The notes beneath the pieces were generated by a model. The model worked only from the letters and a program-made list of their open reading frames with translations. It had not been told where the DNA came from and did not search any database. The position numbers and the translations under genes are program-made. From NCBI RefSeq assembly GCF_024502345.1, contig NZ_JALDNN010000001.1: a DNA stretch of 64,000 nt. One strand, given 5' to 3'. The stretch is from Escherichia coli. Lineage in GTDB: Bacteria; Pseudomonadota; Gammaproteobacteria; Enterobacterales; Enterobacteriaceae. Shown in pieces: positions 36,981 through 49,190 of the stretch; within the stretch, counting starts at the first letter, position 1, and every line of letters starts with the position of its first letter.

Positions 36981-38033
36981 TTACCCGCGACGCGCTTTCA
37001 CTGCGTTCGCCAGTTGACGTAACAGAGCATCGGTATCTTCCCAGCCGATGCAGGCATCGGTGATGCTCTTACCGTAGGCCAGCGGCTCCCCGCTCTCGAG
37101 GCTCTGATTGCCTTCCACCAGATGGCTTTCCACCATCACGCCAATAATGGCCTTTTCGCCACCGGCAATCTGCTGGCAAACGTCAGCACAAACATCCATC
37201 TGCTTTTTGAATTGTTTTGACGAGTTAGCATGGCTGAAATCGATCATCACCTGTGCTGGCAGGCCTGCTTTGTTCAGCCCTTCTTTCACTTCAGCAACGT
37301 GCTTCGCGCTGTAGTTAGGCTCTTTACCGCCGCGCAGAATGATATGGCAATCACCGTTACCGCTGGTATTCACAATCGCCGAATGCCCCCATTTCGTTAC
37401 GGACAGGAAGCAGTGCGGCGCACCGGCGGCATTAATGGCATCGATAGCCACTTTAATCGTACCGTCGGTGCCATTTTTGAAGCCGACCGGACAAGAAAGC
37501 CCTGATGCCAGTTCGCGGTGCACCTGCGATTCGGTGGTACGTGCGCCAATTGCGCCCCAGCTCATCAGGTCAGCGAGATATTGTGGGGTGATCATATCGA
37601 GAAACTCACCCGCCGCTGGCAGACCGCTGTCGTTAATATCAAGCAGCAATTTACGGGCTATACGCAGACCGTCGTTGATCTGGAAGCTGTTATCCATATG
37701 CGGATCGTTAATCAGCCCTTTCCAGCCCACCGTGGTACGCGGCTTTTCAAAATAGACGCGCATTACGATTTCCAGCTCATCTTTCAGCTCTTCACGCAGC
37801 GCCAGCAAGCGAGTGGCATACTCTTTAGCCGCGACAGGATCATGAATTGAGCACGGGCCAATCACCACCAACAGGCGATCATCATTCCCTTTCAGGATTT
37901 TATGGATCGCTTTTCGGACATGGGCAACCGTATTAGCGGCATTTTCAGTAGCGGGGAATTTTTCCAGCAATGCGACAGGAGGAAGTAACTCTTTGATTTC
38001 TTTGATGCGTAAATCGTCGTTCTGATAATTCAT
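36981..38033 (-). CDS. aroG: Phe-sensitive DAHP synthase
   Basis: 350 aa matching remembered AroG. Confidence 0.95.
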   Translation of the reverse strand: MNYQNDDLRIKEIKELLPPVALLEKFPATENAANTVAHVRKAIHKILKGNDDRLLVVIGPCSIHDPVAAKEYATRLLALREELKDELEIVMRVYFEKPRTTVGWKGLINDPHMDNSFQINDGLRIARKLLLDINDSGLPAAGEFLDMITPQYLADLMSWGAIGARTTESQVHRELASGLSCPVGFKNGTDGTIKVAIDAINAAGAPHCFLSVTKWGHSAIVNTSGNGDCHIILRGGKEPNYSAKHVAEVKEGLNKAGLPAQVMIDFSHANSSKQFKKQMDVCADVCQQIAGGEKAIIGVMVESHLVEGNQSLESGEPLAYGKSITDACIGWEDTDALLRQLANAVKARRG

Positions 38034-38103
38034 GTCTGTTCCAGTGTTGCCATACTTATCTTAGTGAATGCAATACCTCCAATCTATATCTTCCGTCAGA
38101 ATG

Positions 38104-38121
38104 TGTAAACGGGGTTTTACA
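38104..38121. promoter_or_regulatory. TyrR box upstream of aroG
   Basis: tgtaaacggggttttaca = TGTAAA-N6-TTTACA palindrome. Confidence 0.7.
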
Positions 38122-38348
38122 CTATGAACGGATTAATCCTGGAATTAGCAAGAAAAACGCCAGATTGTCGCGAAAAACGAGATCTCTCCTACAATTTCTA
38201 ACTGTAACTCCTTTGTTTGTTAATTATTTCAAGATTCTCTGCTGGATTTCTTTGCCTGGCTGAAATCTTAAACCAATGCCTTATATTCACCTGCAAATGC
38301 ACTGTTGGAAGAGGTTATCCGACATAACGACCATAACAGGAGCATCCT

Positions 38349-38729
38349 ATGAAAATGACAAAACTGGCCACACTATTTCTGACTGCCACTCTAAGCCTTG
38401 CCAGCGGTGCCGCACTGGCTGCCGATAGCGGAGCGCAAACCAATAACGGCCAGGCAAACGCCGCAGCTGATGCGGGCCAGGTAGCCCCTGACGCCCGTGA
38501 AAATGTCGCGCCAAATAACGTCGACAATAACGGGGTAAATACCGGTTCTGGCGGCACTATGCTGCATCCGGATGGTTCTTCAATGAACAATGACGGCATG
38601 ACCAAAGATGAAGAGCACAAGAACACCATGTGCAAAGATGGTCGCTGCCCGGATATCAATAAAAAGGTACAAACCGGTGATGGCATCAATAATGATGTCG
38701 ATACCAAAACCGACGGTACCACGCAGTAA
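38349..38729 (+). CDS. ybgS: Secreted protein YbgS
   Basis: 126 aa; signal peptide; low-complexity N/G/D-rich mature part. Confidence 0.9.
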   Translation: MKMTKLATLFLTATLSLASGAALAADSGAQTNNGQANAAADAGQVAPDARENVAPNNVDNNGVNTGSGGTMLHPDGSSMNNDGMTKDEEHKNTMCKDGRCPDINKKVQTGDGINNDVDTKTDGTTQ

Positions 38730-38750
38730 CCCTGCAAAATAGCCAATAAT

Positions 38751-38781
38751 GGGAGAGCGGAGTCTCTCCCTTTTAATTTTT
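38751..38781 (+). terminator. Rho-independent terminator after ybgS
   Basis: gggagagcggagtctctccc hairpin + ttttaattttt. Confidence 0.75.
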
Positions 38782-38842
38782 CACTTCTAAAAGCAGTATG
38801 ATGTCATAAAGTTAAGTGAGAATAATTAAGGGATGACTCGTC

Positions 38843-39784
38843 ATGGCGCACTCACACTCACACACGTCCTCACACCTGCCAGAAGATAATAATGCTCGTC
38901 GCTTGTTGTATGCTTTCGGCGTGACTGCCGGGTTTATGCTGGTAGAAGTCATTGGTGGTTTTCTTTCTGGTTCTCTGGCTTTGCTGGCCGATGCGGGTCA
39001 TATGTTGACCGATACTGCCGCCCTGCTTTTCGCTCTACTCGCCGTGCAATTTTCACGTCGTCCTCCCACCATTCGCCACACTTTCGGTTGGCTAAGACTG
39101 ACCACGCTCGCGGCGTTTGTGAATGCCATCGCCCTGGTGGTGATTACCATTTTGATTGTCTGGGAGGCGATAGAACGCTTCCGCACACCGCGTCCGGTCG
39201 AGGGCGGCATGATGATGGCAATTGCCGTGGCTGGGTTGCTGGCAAATCTACTTTCTTTCTGGTTACTTCATCACGGCAGCGAAGAGAAAAACCTCAACGT
39301 ACGAGCAGCGGCACTGCATGTGCTCGGGGACCTGCTGGGTTCGGTTGGGGCTATTATTGCCGCGTTGATTATTATCTGGACCGGCTGGACACCTGCTGAC
39401 CCCATTCTCTCGATACTGGTGTCGCTTCTGGTTCTGCGTAGCGCGTGGCGACTGTTGAAAGATAGCGTGAATGAATTACTTGAGGGTGCACCGGTATCGC
39501 TGGATATCGCTGAACTGAAGCGTCGTATGTGCCGGGAAATCCCGGAAGTCCGCAATGTGCACCATGTGCATGTATGGATGGTAGGCGAGAAGCCGGTGAT
39601 GACGTTGCATGTGCAGGTGATCCCGCCACACGATCACGATGCCTTGTTGGATCAGATCCAACACTACCTGATGGATCACTATCAGATTGAGCACGCCACC
39701 ATTCAGATGGAATATCAACCTTGTCATGGGCCAGACTGCCACCTGAATGAAGGGGTGTCTGGCCATTCACATCATCACCATTAA
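38843..39784 (+). CDS. zitB: Zinc efflux CDF transporter
   Basis: 313 aa; His-rich termini (HSHSH / HSHHHH); six TM. Confidence 0.95.
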   Translation: MAHSHSHTSSHLPEDNNARRLLYAFGVTAGFMLVEVIGGFLSGSLALLADAGHMLTDTAALLFALLAVQFSRRPPTIRHTFGWLRLTTLAAFVNAIALVVITILIVWEAIERFRTPRPVEGGMMMAIAVAGLLANLLSFWLLHHGSEEKNLNVRAAALHVLGDLLGSVGAIIAALIIIWTGWTPADPILSILVSLLVLRSAWRLLKDSVNELLEGAPVSLDIAELKRRMCREIPEVRNVHHVHVWMVGEKPVMTLHVQVIPPHDHDALLDQIQHYLMDHYQIEHATIQMEYQPCHGPDCHLNEGVSGHSHHHH

Positions 39785-40500
39785 TGGGACAGCGCGCGTG
39801 AGCCTCTTTCACGTGCGCTGTTGATCCACATCCGGCTGCCGTTGAGCGCAATAAAGGTCAGGATGATGTACTCCAGAGACATGGCGTAAACGCCCTGAAG
39901 TGCAAAAATAACGACGCTAATCACGTTAATAATCACCCACAACAGCCAGTTTTCCACATACTTACGCGTCATCAGAATCATTGCCACGATAGATAACACC
40001 ATCATGCATGAATCCCAGAACGGGAAAGCGTCCGGTTGCAGTTCAGGCATCACAACCTGTAATCCTAATGCTTGCATGATCATGACTGCCACGCGGGTCA
40101 AAAATGCAAACACCGGATTGATAAATACCGTCATCAGACCAATCGAAACAACGCAAACCGCCAACCAGCTTAGCGCCTTCGGCAATGGCAACCAGCGAAT
40201 TTTCAACTCCGCCTCGTTCTGACTGGTTTGTCGCGACCACGCATACCAACCGTAAATATTCGCGGCAAAGAAAAACACCTGTAATAGCAGGCTGGCATAC
40301 AGCTGAATCTGAAAGAAAATAATGCCAAACAAGGTGACGTTGATCAGGCCAAAGAAGTAGTTGCTGATCTTCTCCAGACTGGCAAGGCCAATACACAGCA
40401 ACCCGGCGATCGTGCCTACCGCTTCGATCCATGAGAGATCATAACCGCCTGCTCCTATTGGTATATGTACCAGGATATTCTGCACACTAAAAAAATCCAT
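39781..40500 (-). CDS. pnuC: Nicotinamide riboside transporter
   Basis: 239 aa membrane protein downstream of nadA. Confidence 0.95.
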   Translation of the reverse strand: MDFFSVQNILVHIPIGAGGYDLSWIEAVGTIAGLLCIGLASLEKISNYFFGLINVTLFGIIFFQIQLYASLLLQVFFFAANIYGWYAWSRQTSQNEAELKIRWLPLPKALSWLAVCVVSIGLMTVFINPVFAFLTRVAVMIMQALGLQVVMPELQPDAFPFWDSCMMVLSIVAMILMTRKYVENWLLWVIINVISVVIFALQGVYAMSLEYIILTFIALNGSRMWINSARERGSRALSH

Positions 40501-40537
40501 CTTTCCCCCAAAGCGTAACGTTACGCCTTATTATTCG

Positions 40538-41581
40538 TTATCCACGTAGTGTAGCCGCAAAATCCAGCATACGATTGAGCGGCACCAGCGCCCTCTCTCG
40601 CAGCCTTTCATCAACATGAACCTCGTGATTGCTTCCTTCCTGTTCTAATGCCTCTGCGATGGCCTGAAGGCCATTCATGGCCATCCACGGACAATGCGCG
40701 CAGCTGCGGCAGGTTGCACCCTCACCCGCGGTTGGTGCTTCCAGTAACTCTTTATCTGGCACCGCCTGCTGCATTTTGTAGAAAATACCCCGATCGGTTG
40801 CCACAATAAGCCTCTGATGTGGCAATGTTTTCGCAGCAGCGATCAGTTGACTGGTGGAACCGACCGCATCCGCCATATCGACAATAGCTTGTGGTGATTC
40901 TGGATGCACCAGTATGGCAGCATCCGGGTATTCTTCTTGCAAGCGGGTTAACGCCTGAGTCTTAAATTCATCATGCACAATGCAGGCACCCTGCCAGCAT
41001 AAAATGTCTGCGCCCGTCTGTTTTTGCACGTAACGCCCCAGATGTTTGTCGGGTGCCCAGATGATTTTTTCACCCAAACTATCCAGATGATCAATAAGTT
41101 CGACGGCAATGCTTGAAGTTACCACCCAATCTGCCCGCGCTTTTACCGCAGCAGAAGTGTTGGCGTAGACGACGACAGTATGATCGGGATGGGCATCGCA
41201 AAATGCGTTAAATTCTTCAACAGGGCAGCCGAGATCCAGTGAACATTCAGCCTGAAGTGTCGGCATCAGAATTGTTTTTTCCGGACTGAGAATTTTGGCG
41301 GTTTCTCCCATAAATCTCACCCCAGCGACTAACAACGTAGAGGCGGGATGCTTTGCACCGAAGCGCGCCATTTCCAAAGAATCAGAAATGCAGCCACCGG
41401 TTTCTTCTGCCAGTTGTTGAATTTCGGGATCGGTATAGTAGTGGGCAACCATCACCGCATTACGTTCTTTTAGCAGACGTTTTATCTTCTCGCGGTAATA
41501 CGCTTTTTCATCAATGCTTAACGGCGTCGGCTTCGGGGGGAAAGGATAAATCGCCGTGTCTGGATCAAACATCACGCTCAT
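40538..41581 (-). CDS. nadA: Quinolinate synthase A
   Basis: 347 aa; conserved Cys ligands; matches remembered NadA. Confidence 0.95.
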   Translation of the reverse strand: MSVMFDPDTAIYPFPPKPTPLSIDEKAYYREKIKRLLKERNAVMVAHYYTDPEIQQLAEETGGCISDSLEMARFGAKHPASTLLVAGVRFMGETAKILSPEKTILMPTLQAECSLDLGCPVEEFNAFCDAHPDHTVVVYANTSAAVKARADWVVTSSIAVELIDHLDSLGEKIIWAPDKHLGRYVQKQTGADILCWQGACIVHDEFKTQALTRLQEEYPDAAILVHPESPQAIVDMADAVGSTSQLIAAAKTLPHQRLIVATDRGIFYKMQQAVPDKELLEAPTAGEGATCRSCAHCPWMAMNGLQAIAEALEQEGSNHEVHVDERLRERALVPLNRMLDFAATLRG

Positions 41582-41653
41582 CTTACCATCTCGTTTTACA
41601 GGCTTAACGTTAAAACCGACATTAGCGTGATATTCGCTGTTATCGGTGTGATT

Positions 41654-41671
41654 TGTTTTATATGCTAAACA
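41654..41671. promoter_or_regulatory. NadR (NAD box) operator of nadA-pnuC
   Basis: tgttttatatgctaaaca = TGTTTA-N6-TAAACA palindrome. Confidence 0.7.
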
Positions 41672-41858
41672 AGATAGTCGAATGGTGGGGAAAAGTCACT
41701 CGAATTACGTATGAGATGCCGAATGCCACACTTTGCGTCTTATTCCTCCGACGTAAAGTTGTTTACGCAGCAAGCGCGGAGTATGTCATCAGGGTCAAGA
41801 ATTGAAATTGAGAGATGCCTGAATAGCAAAAAAGCGCCTTTAGGGCGCTTTTTTACAT

Positions 41859-41978
41859 TGGTGGGTCGTGCAGGATGACTCGCTTCGCTCGCCCTTCGGG
41901 CCGTCGCCGCGAGCGGCTCCGTTGTTTCGCTGCGCTCAACTCAAACCTGCTGCAGGTTCGAATCTTTGAGTATCGCAG
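41859..41978. repeat. tRNA-derived fragment block distal to lysQ
   Basis: 17 nt copy of tRNA-Lys 3' end (tggtgggtcgtgcagga) plus inverted T-arm-like gcaggttcgaatc; the 41823-41877 segment duplicates the terminator + tRNA 3' end at 41989-42031. Confidence 0.6.
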
Positions 41979-41984
41979 ATAGCA

Positions 41985-42010
41985 AAAAAGCGCCTTTAGG
42001 GCGCTTTTTT
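41985..42010 (-). terminator. Rho-independent terminator of the lysT tRNA operon
   Basis: aaaaaagcgcc-ctaa-aggcgctttttt hairpin directly 3' of last tRNA; second copy at about 41825-41850. Confidence 0.75.
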
Positions 42011-42014
42011 ACAT

Positions 42015-42090
42015 TGGTGGGTCGTGCAGGATTCGAACCTGCGACCAATTGATTAAAAGTCAACTGCTCTACCAACTGAGCTAACGACCC
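42015..42090 (-). tRNA. lysQ: tRNA-Lys (anticodon UUU)
   Basis: Exact 76 nt match to remembered E. coli tRNA-Lys incl. CCA; anticodon loop CUUUUAA. Confidence 0.95.
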
Positions 42091-42123
42091 CTTGCGGGAT
42101 TATGCTGCTTTAATCATTCAGGA

Positions 42124-42199
42124 TGGTGGGTCGTGCAGGATTCGAACCTGCGACCAATTGATTAAAAGTCAACTGCTCTACCAACTGAGCTAACGACCC
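42124..42199 (-). tRNA. lysZ: tRNA-Lys (anticodon UUU)
   Basis: Identical 76 nt tRNA-Lys copy. Confidence 0.95.
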
Positions 42200-42247
42200 A
42201 TACGGGTGTTACCTGAAAGATTTTTACTCGGGGCCAATCTTTAAGAT

Positions 42248-42323
42248 TGGTGGGTCGTGCAGGATTCGAACCTGCGACCAATTGATTAAAAGTCAACTGC
42301 TCTACCAACTGAGCTAACGACCC
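42248..42323 (-). tRNA. lysY: tRNA-Lys (anticodon UUU)
   Basis: Identical 76 nt tRNA-Lys copy. Confidence 0.95.
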
Positions 42324-42326
42324 GAG

Positions 42327-42402
42327 TGGTGGGTGATGACGGGATCGAACCGCCGACCCCCTCCTTGTAAGGGAGGTGCTCTCCCAGCTGAGCTAATCAC
42401 CC
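42327..42402 (-). tRNA. valZ: tRNA-Val (anticodon UAC)
   Basis: 76 nt match to remembered tRNA-Val(UAC); 3 nt spacer to lysY. Confidence 0.95.
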
Positions 42403-42453
42403 GATACTGCGCTAGATACTACAAACTACTTCCACCGAACCCACCGTAATTAG

Positions 42454-42529
42454 TGGTGGGTCGTGCAGGATTCGAACCTGCGACCAATTGATTAAAAGTC
42501 AACTGCTCTACCAACTGAGCTAACGACCC
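42454..42529 (-). tRNA. lysW: tRNA-Lys (anticodon UUU)
   Basis: Identical 76 nt tRNA-Lys copy. Confidence 0.95.
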
Positions 42530-42531
42530 GG

Positions 42532-42607
42532 TGGTGGGTGATGACGGGATCGAACCGCCGACCCCCTCCTTGTAAGGGAGGTGCTCTCCCAGCTGAGCTA
42601 ATCACCC
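42532..42607 (-). tRNA. valT: tRNA-Val (anticodon UAC)
   Basis: 76 nt tRNA-Val copy; 2 nt spacer to lysW. Confidence 0.95.
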
Positions 42608-42642
42608 GATACTACGCTGGATACTACAACTAACTATGTTAG

Positions 42643-42703
42643 TGGTGGGTCGTGCAGGATGACTCGACTTCGTCTCGCCCTTCGGGCCGTTGCTGATGCA
42701 ACG
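42643..42703 (-). repeat. tRNA-Lys 3'-end-derived pseudo-tRNA fragment in lysT-valT spacer
   Basis: tggtgggtcgtgcagga + tgactcg(a)cttcg(t)ctcgcccttcgggccg, near-identical to the fragment at 41859. Confidence 0.6.
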
Positions 42704-42742
42704 TTATCCTTCACGTTTTACTACCGCTTCCACCTTAGCGAT

Positions 42743-42818
42743 TGGTGGGTCGTGCAGGATTCGAACCTGCGACCAATTGATTAAAAGTCAACTGCTCTAC
42801 CAACTGAGCTAACGACCC
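42743..42818 (-). tRNA. lysT: tRNA-Lys (anticodon UUU)
   Basis: Identical 76 nt tRNA-Lys copy; first gene of operon. Confidence 0.95.
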
Positions 42819-42982
42819 ACTTTTTCGTTGCTTTCGGTTTGTTTGATATCCCGTGGCAACGGCGGCATATATTACTGATTTCAGACTTGAGCGCAACAAA
42901 AATTTCGATGTAGATCACTCAACTGCTTATGATTCGCACGACACGACCAGAAATAATGCGACTTCTGGTCGTGTGTTATGCA

Positions 42983-43774
42983 TTACATCGCGTTCAGACG
43001 TTTTTGTGCCTGTTTAGCGCCATCAGTACCAGGGTATTTACTGATAACCTGCTGGTATACGGCTTTCGCTTTTGCGGTGTCACCTTTGTCCTGCATGATG
43101 ACGCCGACTTTAAACATCGCATCTGCAGCCTTTGGTGACTTCGGATAGTTTTTCACTACCGAAGCAAAATAGTACGCCGCATCATCTTTTTTACCCTTGT
43201 TGTAGTTTAACTGACCCAGCCAATAATTGGCGTTTGGCAGGTAAGTTGAATCAGGGTAATTTTTGATGAAATTCTGAAATGCCACCATTGCGTCATCCTG
43301 GCGGGATTTATCCTGCACCAGCGCAATAGCTGCATTGTAATCCGTGTTTGCATCACCGCTTTTCACCGGCGCGCCAGCATTCGCAGTACCAGCATCAGCT
43401 GTCGGCGTCGTTGATGCCGCCGCACCGCTTTGATCGACGCTGGTTGATTGCGCCGCTGCACCACCGCTGCTGAGGCTATCGATCTGCAACAGGATCTGCT
43501 TTTGCCGCTCCACGACCTGATTCAGTTGATACTGATTTTCCTGAATCTGACCACGCAGGGAATCAATATCGGATTGATTATCAGAGAGTTGTTGCTGGAG
43601 TTGGGTTAAAAGCTGGCTGTGAGCATTAGAAATACGCTCAAGTTGAGTGACGCGGTCTTCGACCGAGCCTGAGCCGACACTACTGATTGGTGCCTGAGCA
43701 AAAGCGGCCCAGGGGGCCGCTATACCAACCAGTAACGACAGACTCAATAGTTGATGTCTGAAGTTACTGCTCAT
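42983..43774 (-). CDS. cpoB: Cell division coordinator CpoB (YbgF), TPR protein
   Basis: 263 aa; signal peptide, coiled-coil, C-terminal TPR. Confidence 0.93.
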   Translation of the reverse strand: MSSNFRHQLLSLSLLVGIAAPWAAFAQAPISSVGSGSVEDRVTQLERISNAHSQLLTQLQQQLSDNQSDIDSLRGQIQENQYQLNQVVERQKQILLQIDSLSSGGAAAQSTSVDQSGAAASTTPTADAGTANAGAPVKSGDANTDYNAAIALVQDKSRQDDAMVAFQNFIKNYPDSTYLPNANYWLGQLNYNKGKKDDAAYYFASVVKNYPKSPKAADAMFKVGVIMQDKGDTAKAKAVYQQVISKYPGTDGAKQAQKRLNAM

Positions 43775-43783
43775 GCAATTCTC

Positions 43784-44329
<546 letters not shown>

Positions 44330-44339
44330 TTAATTATTA

Positions 44340-45632
44340 TCACAGATACGGCGACCAGGCAGGGAATTTGACCTGTCCATCAGTTGCCGGAAGACGCGCT
44401 TTGAAACGCCCATCTGTAGAAACCAAATTCAGCACGGCTCCCATCCCCTGAGAAGAGCTGTAGATTACCATAGTGCCGTTAGGTGCCAGACTTGGCGTTT
44501 CATCCAGGAACGTGGACGACAGAACTTGTACGCCTCCCGTTGCCAGATCTTGTTTGGCAATGTGCTGCTGCCCACCATTGGAGCTGACCATTACCATAAA
44601 TTTACCGTCGCTGCTGACATCCGCATCCTGGTTCTGCGAACCTTCCCAGGTAATACGTTGTGGCGCACCGCCGTTGATATTCACTTTATAAACCTGGGGA
44701 CGACCGGCCTGGTCAGAAGTAAATGCCAGGTTCTGGCTGTCCGGGAACCAGGTCGGTTCGGTATTGTTACTGCGACCATCAGTCACCTGGCGGATCTGAC
44801 CAGAAGCCAAATCCATTACGTACAGGTTCAGGCTACCGGTTTTCGACAAGGCGAATGCCAGTTTGCTGCCGTCTGGCGAGAATGCAGGTGCACCGTTGTG
44901 ACGCGGGAATGAAGCCACCTGGCGTACAGCGCCATTTGCCAGCGTTTGGATGACCAGCGCGGAACGACCGCTTTCGAAGGTCACATAAGCCAGTTTAGAA
45001 CCGTCTGGTGACCACGCCGGAGACATCAGCGGCTGTGGTGAACGGTGAACGACAAACTGGTTGTAACCGTCATAGTCAGATACGCGCAGTTCATACGGGA
45101 ACTGACCGCCGTTGGTCTGAACAACGTAGGCAATACGGGTACGGAACGCACCTTTAATGCCGGTCAGTTTTTCAAACACTTCATCACTGGCGGTATGACC
45201 AGCATAACGCAGCCACTGCTTGTTCACTTTGTACGAGTTCTGAGCAAGTACAGTACCCGGTGCGCCGCCAGTGTCAACAAGTTGATAAGCAACATTGTAA
45301 GAACCATCCGGATTCGGAGTGACCTGACCGACAACTACAGCGTCAATGCCCAGTGCGGACCATGCAGCTGGTTGTACTTCCTGCGCACTACCCGGCTGCT
45401 GTGGCAGACGAGCGCGATCTAACGGATTAAATTTACCGCTGTTACGCAAGTCAGCAGCAACGATGCCGCCAATATCTTCAGGTGCTGCACCAGGACCCGC
45501 CCACTGGAAAGGAACAACGCCAATAGGACGACCGGAATCTACACCGCTGTCGATCACAATGCGGACTTCAGCATGCAGAACTGATGCCCACAGTATGAGA
45601 AAACCAAATGCTACTCGTAATGCCTGCTTCAT
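44340..45632 (-). CDS. tolB: Tol-Pal system periplasmic beta-propeller protein TolB
   Basis: 430 aa from [12 protein letters not shown]. Confidence 0.95.
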   Translation of the reverse strand: MKQALRVAFGFLILWASVLHAEVRIVIDSGVDSGRPIGVVPFQWAGPGAAPEDIGGIVAADLRNSGKFNPLDRARLPQQPGSAQEVQPAAWSALGIDAVVVGQVTPNPDGSYNVAYQLVDTGGAPGTVLAQNSYKVNKQWLRYAGHTASDEVFEKLTGIKGAFRTRIAYVVQTNGGQFPYELRVSDYDGYNQFVVHRSPQPLMSPAWSPDGSKLAYVTFESGRSALVIQTLANGAVRQVASFPRHNGAPAFSPDGSKLAFALSKTGSLNLYVMDLASGQIRQVTDGRSNNTEPTWFPDSQNLAFTSDQAGRPQVYKVNINGGAPQRITWEGSQNQDADVSSDGKFMVMVSSNGGQQHIAKQDLATGGVQVLSSTFLDETPSLAPNGTMVIYSSSQGMGAVLNLVSTDGRFKARLPATDGQVKFPAWSPYL

Positions 45633-45764
45633 CATATCTCCCTTATCTGGACCGATGGCCCACGATAATTTAGCAGAATGTTAACAAACTAAAATACACA
45701 AAACTACCAGAACCCTGTGGCAACCGGTGCCTGATGTTGACCGTCGGAACAGTCACCATCACGA

Positions 45765-47030
45765 TTACGGTTTGAAGTCCAATGGCGCGTTTTTGAACAC
45801 TTCATATACTGCCTGGCTTGGTGGTTTCGGGATCTTCGCAAGTTTAGCTGCTGCCAACGCAGCCTGACAAAGTGCGGGATCGCCACCTTCAGGTTTGATA
45901 TCCAGTAACATACCATCGGGTGCCAGTTTTATGCGCAGCGTACAGGTTTTGCCTGCATAGGACGATGCGTCATAGAACTTACTTTCGATAGCAGATTTAA
46001 TCTGTCCGGCATAGTTATTGATATCGGCCCCTGATGCGCCATTGTTTTTAGTATTACCACTCCCGGCAGGCGAAGCATTGTTCCCTTTCGCCCCTCCCCC
46101 CGTTTTCGGTGCATTCTTACCAGAGCTTAGCTCACCGAAAATATCATCTGCCTCTGCGGCCGCTTTTGCTGCAGCGGCTTTTTCAGCTGCAGCTTTTGCC
46201 GCTGCCGCTTTTTTGTCTGCGGCGGCTTTTTCTGCCGCTGCTTTCTTATCAGCTGCTGCCTTTTCAGCAGCCGCTTTTTCTGCTGCTTTTTTGTCGGCTG
46301 CAGCTTTCTCTGCTGCCGCTTTCTTATCAGCTGCAGCCTTTTCAGCAGCCGCTTTCTTCTCAGCTTCTGCTTTGGCTTTTTCAGCAGCTTCAGTTGCCGC
46401 TTTCTTTCTTGCTTCAGCTGCAGCTGCTTCTGCCGCTTCCGCTTTCTTCTTCAGTGCCGCAGCGGCTGCCTCGGCTTTTTTCTGCGCTTCGGCTGCGGCT
46501 TTGGCGGCTTCTGCTTCTGCTTTTTTCTTTGCGTCTGCAGCCGCTTTCTTCGCTGCTTCTTCCGCAGCTTTAGCATCTGCTTCGGCCTTCGCTTTAGCAT
46601 CTGCCGCCGCTTTCGCTGCCGCCTCTTCAGCTTGCTTCTGCTTTAACTCGGCCTGTTTTGCGGCTTCTTCAGCCTGCTTTTTCTGCTCCTGAGCCGCTAA
46701 CCGCTCTTTCTCAAGTTGCTTCAGGCGTTCCTGTTCAGCCGCTTGTTTCTCACGCAGTTCTTCAGCAGCCTGCTGTTCCTTCATCTTGCGCTGTTCATCA
46801 GAACGCTTCGCGCTTGATTCCTGGCTTTGCATGCGTTTGTACTGCTCAACTACCGCACCTGAATCAACCATGACAGCGTCGATGGACGAACCACCGCCGC
46901 CTCCGGCTGAAGCTTCTATATTCTCATCGAACGAACTCCAGATCAGCGCCGCAAATAAGATGACATGCAGCACTGCTGAAATAATTATCGCCCGCTTGAG
47001 CTTGTCGTTTTGTTCGGTTGCCTTTGACAC
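45765..47030 (-). CDS. tolA: Tol-Pal system protein TolA
   Basis: 421 aa; long Ala/Lys/Glu-rich helical domain with AAEKAAADKKAA repeats. Confidence 0.95.
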   Translation of the reverse strand: MSKATEQNDKLKRAIIISAVLHVILFAALIWSSFDENIEASAGGGGGSSIDAVMVDSGAVVEQYKRMQSQESSAKRSDEQRKMKEQQAAEELREKQAAEQERLKQLEKERLAAQEQKKQAEEAAKQAELKQKQAEEAAAKAAADAKAKAEADAKAAEEAAKKAAADAKKKAEAEAAKAAAEAQKKAEAAAAALKKKAEAAEAAAAEARKKAATEAAEKAKAEAEKKAAAEKAAADKKAAAEKAAADKKAAEKAAAEKAAADKKAAAEKAAADKKAAAAKAAAEKAAAAKAAAEADDIFGELSSGKNAPKTGGGAKGNNASPAGSGNTKNNGASGADINNYAGQIKSAIESKFYDASSYAGKTCTLRIKLAPDGMLLDIKPEGGDPALCQAALAAAKLAKIPKPPSQAVYEVFKNAPLDFKP

Positions 47031-47094
47031 TCTCGGTTTCCAAAAACTGTTCGCCTGTTACCCGCTCTCTTTCAAGCAAGGGAAACGCAGATGT

Positions 47095-47523
47095 TTAGAT
47101 AGGCTGCGTCATTAAACCAACCGATTTCACACCCGCACTATGTAACAAGTTCAGTGCTTTAATTATTTCATCGTAAGGCACATCTTTTGCGCCACCGATC
47201 AGAAAGACCGTTTTCGGGTTGGCCTTGAAACGGCTGGACACTTCCGCCACCACCTGCTCTGGTGGTAAACGCTCCAGGCGATCTTTCTCAACCACCACGG
47301 TGTACTGACCAATACCAGACACTTCAACAATCACTGGCGGATTATCGTTACTGCTCACCGCCTGTGATTCAGTAGCGTCTGGCAGATCGACCTCCACGCT
47401 CTGGGTGATGATGGGCGCTGTCGCCATAAAGATCAGCAACAGCACCAGCAGTACGTCCAGCAACGGTACAATGTTGATTTCGGACTTGAGATCGCGACGA
47501 CCTCGTCCACGCGCTCTGGCCAT
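47095..47523 (-). CDS. tolR: Tol-Pal system protein TolR
   Basis: 142 aa ExbD/TolR family. Confidence 0.95.
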   Translation of the reverse strand: MARARGRGRRDLKSEINIVPLLDVLLVLLLIFMATAPIITQSVEVDLPDATESQAVSSNDNPPVIVEVSGIGQYTVVVEKDRLERLPPEQVVAEVSSRFKANPKTVFLIGGAKDVPYDEIIKALNLLHSAGVKSVGLMTQPI

Positions 47524-47526
47524 GGC

Positions 47527-48620
<1,094 letters not shown>

Positions 48621-48769
48621 TTTACATCCCGGTAATGCAACAAAAGTTAGAGCTTTTAAACGCTGCTACTATACGCGCGCGATTGAGGTTTGGGAATGAG
48701 GGCAAGTTAAGGGAGCGTAAAAATTTATGGGCCTGGAGCGGCCCATAATTTTTTAAAGAGAATTCTGAT

Positions 48770-49063
48770 TTAAAAGAAGAAGAAAATCAGCCCGACAATG
48801 AGAACAATATCGGCAAGCAATGGGCAAAAAATCCCTTGCCAAAGAACCTTCTGCGGACGAAAGCCCACGCCGTGAATCACACCAGCACAGACGGCCCACA
48901 TCAGCAATAAACCATGCCAGATTTCCAGTTCACTGGTCTTCGCGGCAAAACGAGATGGGTCCCAAAACATACATCCTGCTAACAGAAGCGCCATCACGAA
49001 GGAAAGCGCCCGCAGGGGGCGCTTGTCCATTACCGCATACAAAGTCGCGATAATCTTACTCAT
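48770..49063 (-). CDS. ybgE: cyd-operon membrane protein YbgE
   Basis: 97 aa hydrophobic ORF downstream of cydX. Confidence 0.88.
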   Translation of the reverse strand: MSKIIATLYAVMDKRPLRALSFVMALLLAGCMFWDPSRFAAKTSELEIWHGLLLMWAVCAGVIHGVGFRPQKVLWQGIFCPLLADIVLIVGLIFFFF

Positions 49064-49176
49064 CAGATGTCTTCTTGACCGGCTTTGCCTGATTCGACGT
49101 GTTCAAGCGCCAGCGCGGTGATTACCCCAAACGAACAGGCAAGAAGCGTTCCCAGAATCCATGCGAAATACCACAT
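49063..49176 (-). CDS. cydX: Cytochrome bd-I small subunit CydX (37 aa)
   Basis: Hand-translated (below ORF-track cutoff): MWYFAWILGTLLACSFGVITALALEHVESGKAGQEDI; stop overlaps ybgE start (TGATG). Confidence 0.9.
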   Translation of the reverse strand: MWYFAWILGTLLACSFGVITALALEHVESGKAGQEDI

Positions 49177-49190
49177 TTTTAGCTCCTTAC

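Noticed and set aside
41823-42818. Regularly spaced repeats that could be mistaken for a CRISPR array
   Set aside because: The repeats are 76 nt tRNA-Lys/tRNA-Val genes with canonical cloverleaf sequence and CCA ends; spacers are irregular; no cas genes nearby.
46018-46692. 224 aa Ala/Ser/Phe-rich ORF on the + strand
   Set aside because: Lies entirely antisense to the repetitive Ala/Lys/Glu-rich domain of tolA; low-complexity mirror-image translation of GCx/AAR repeats, not a gene.
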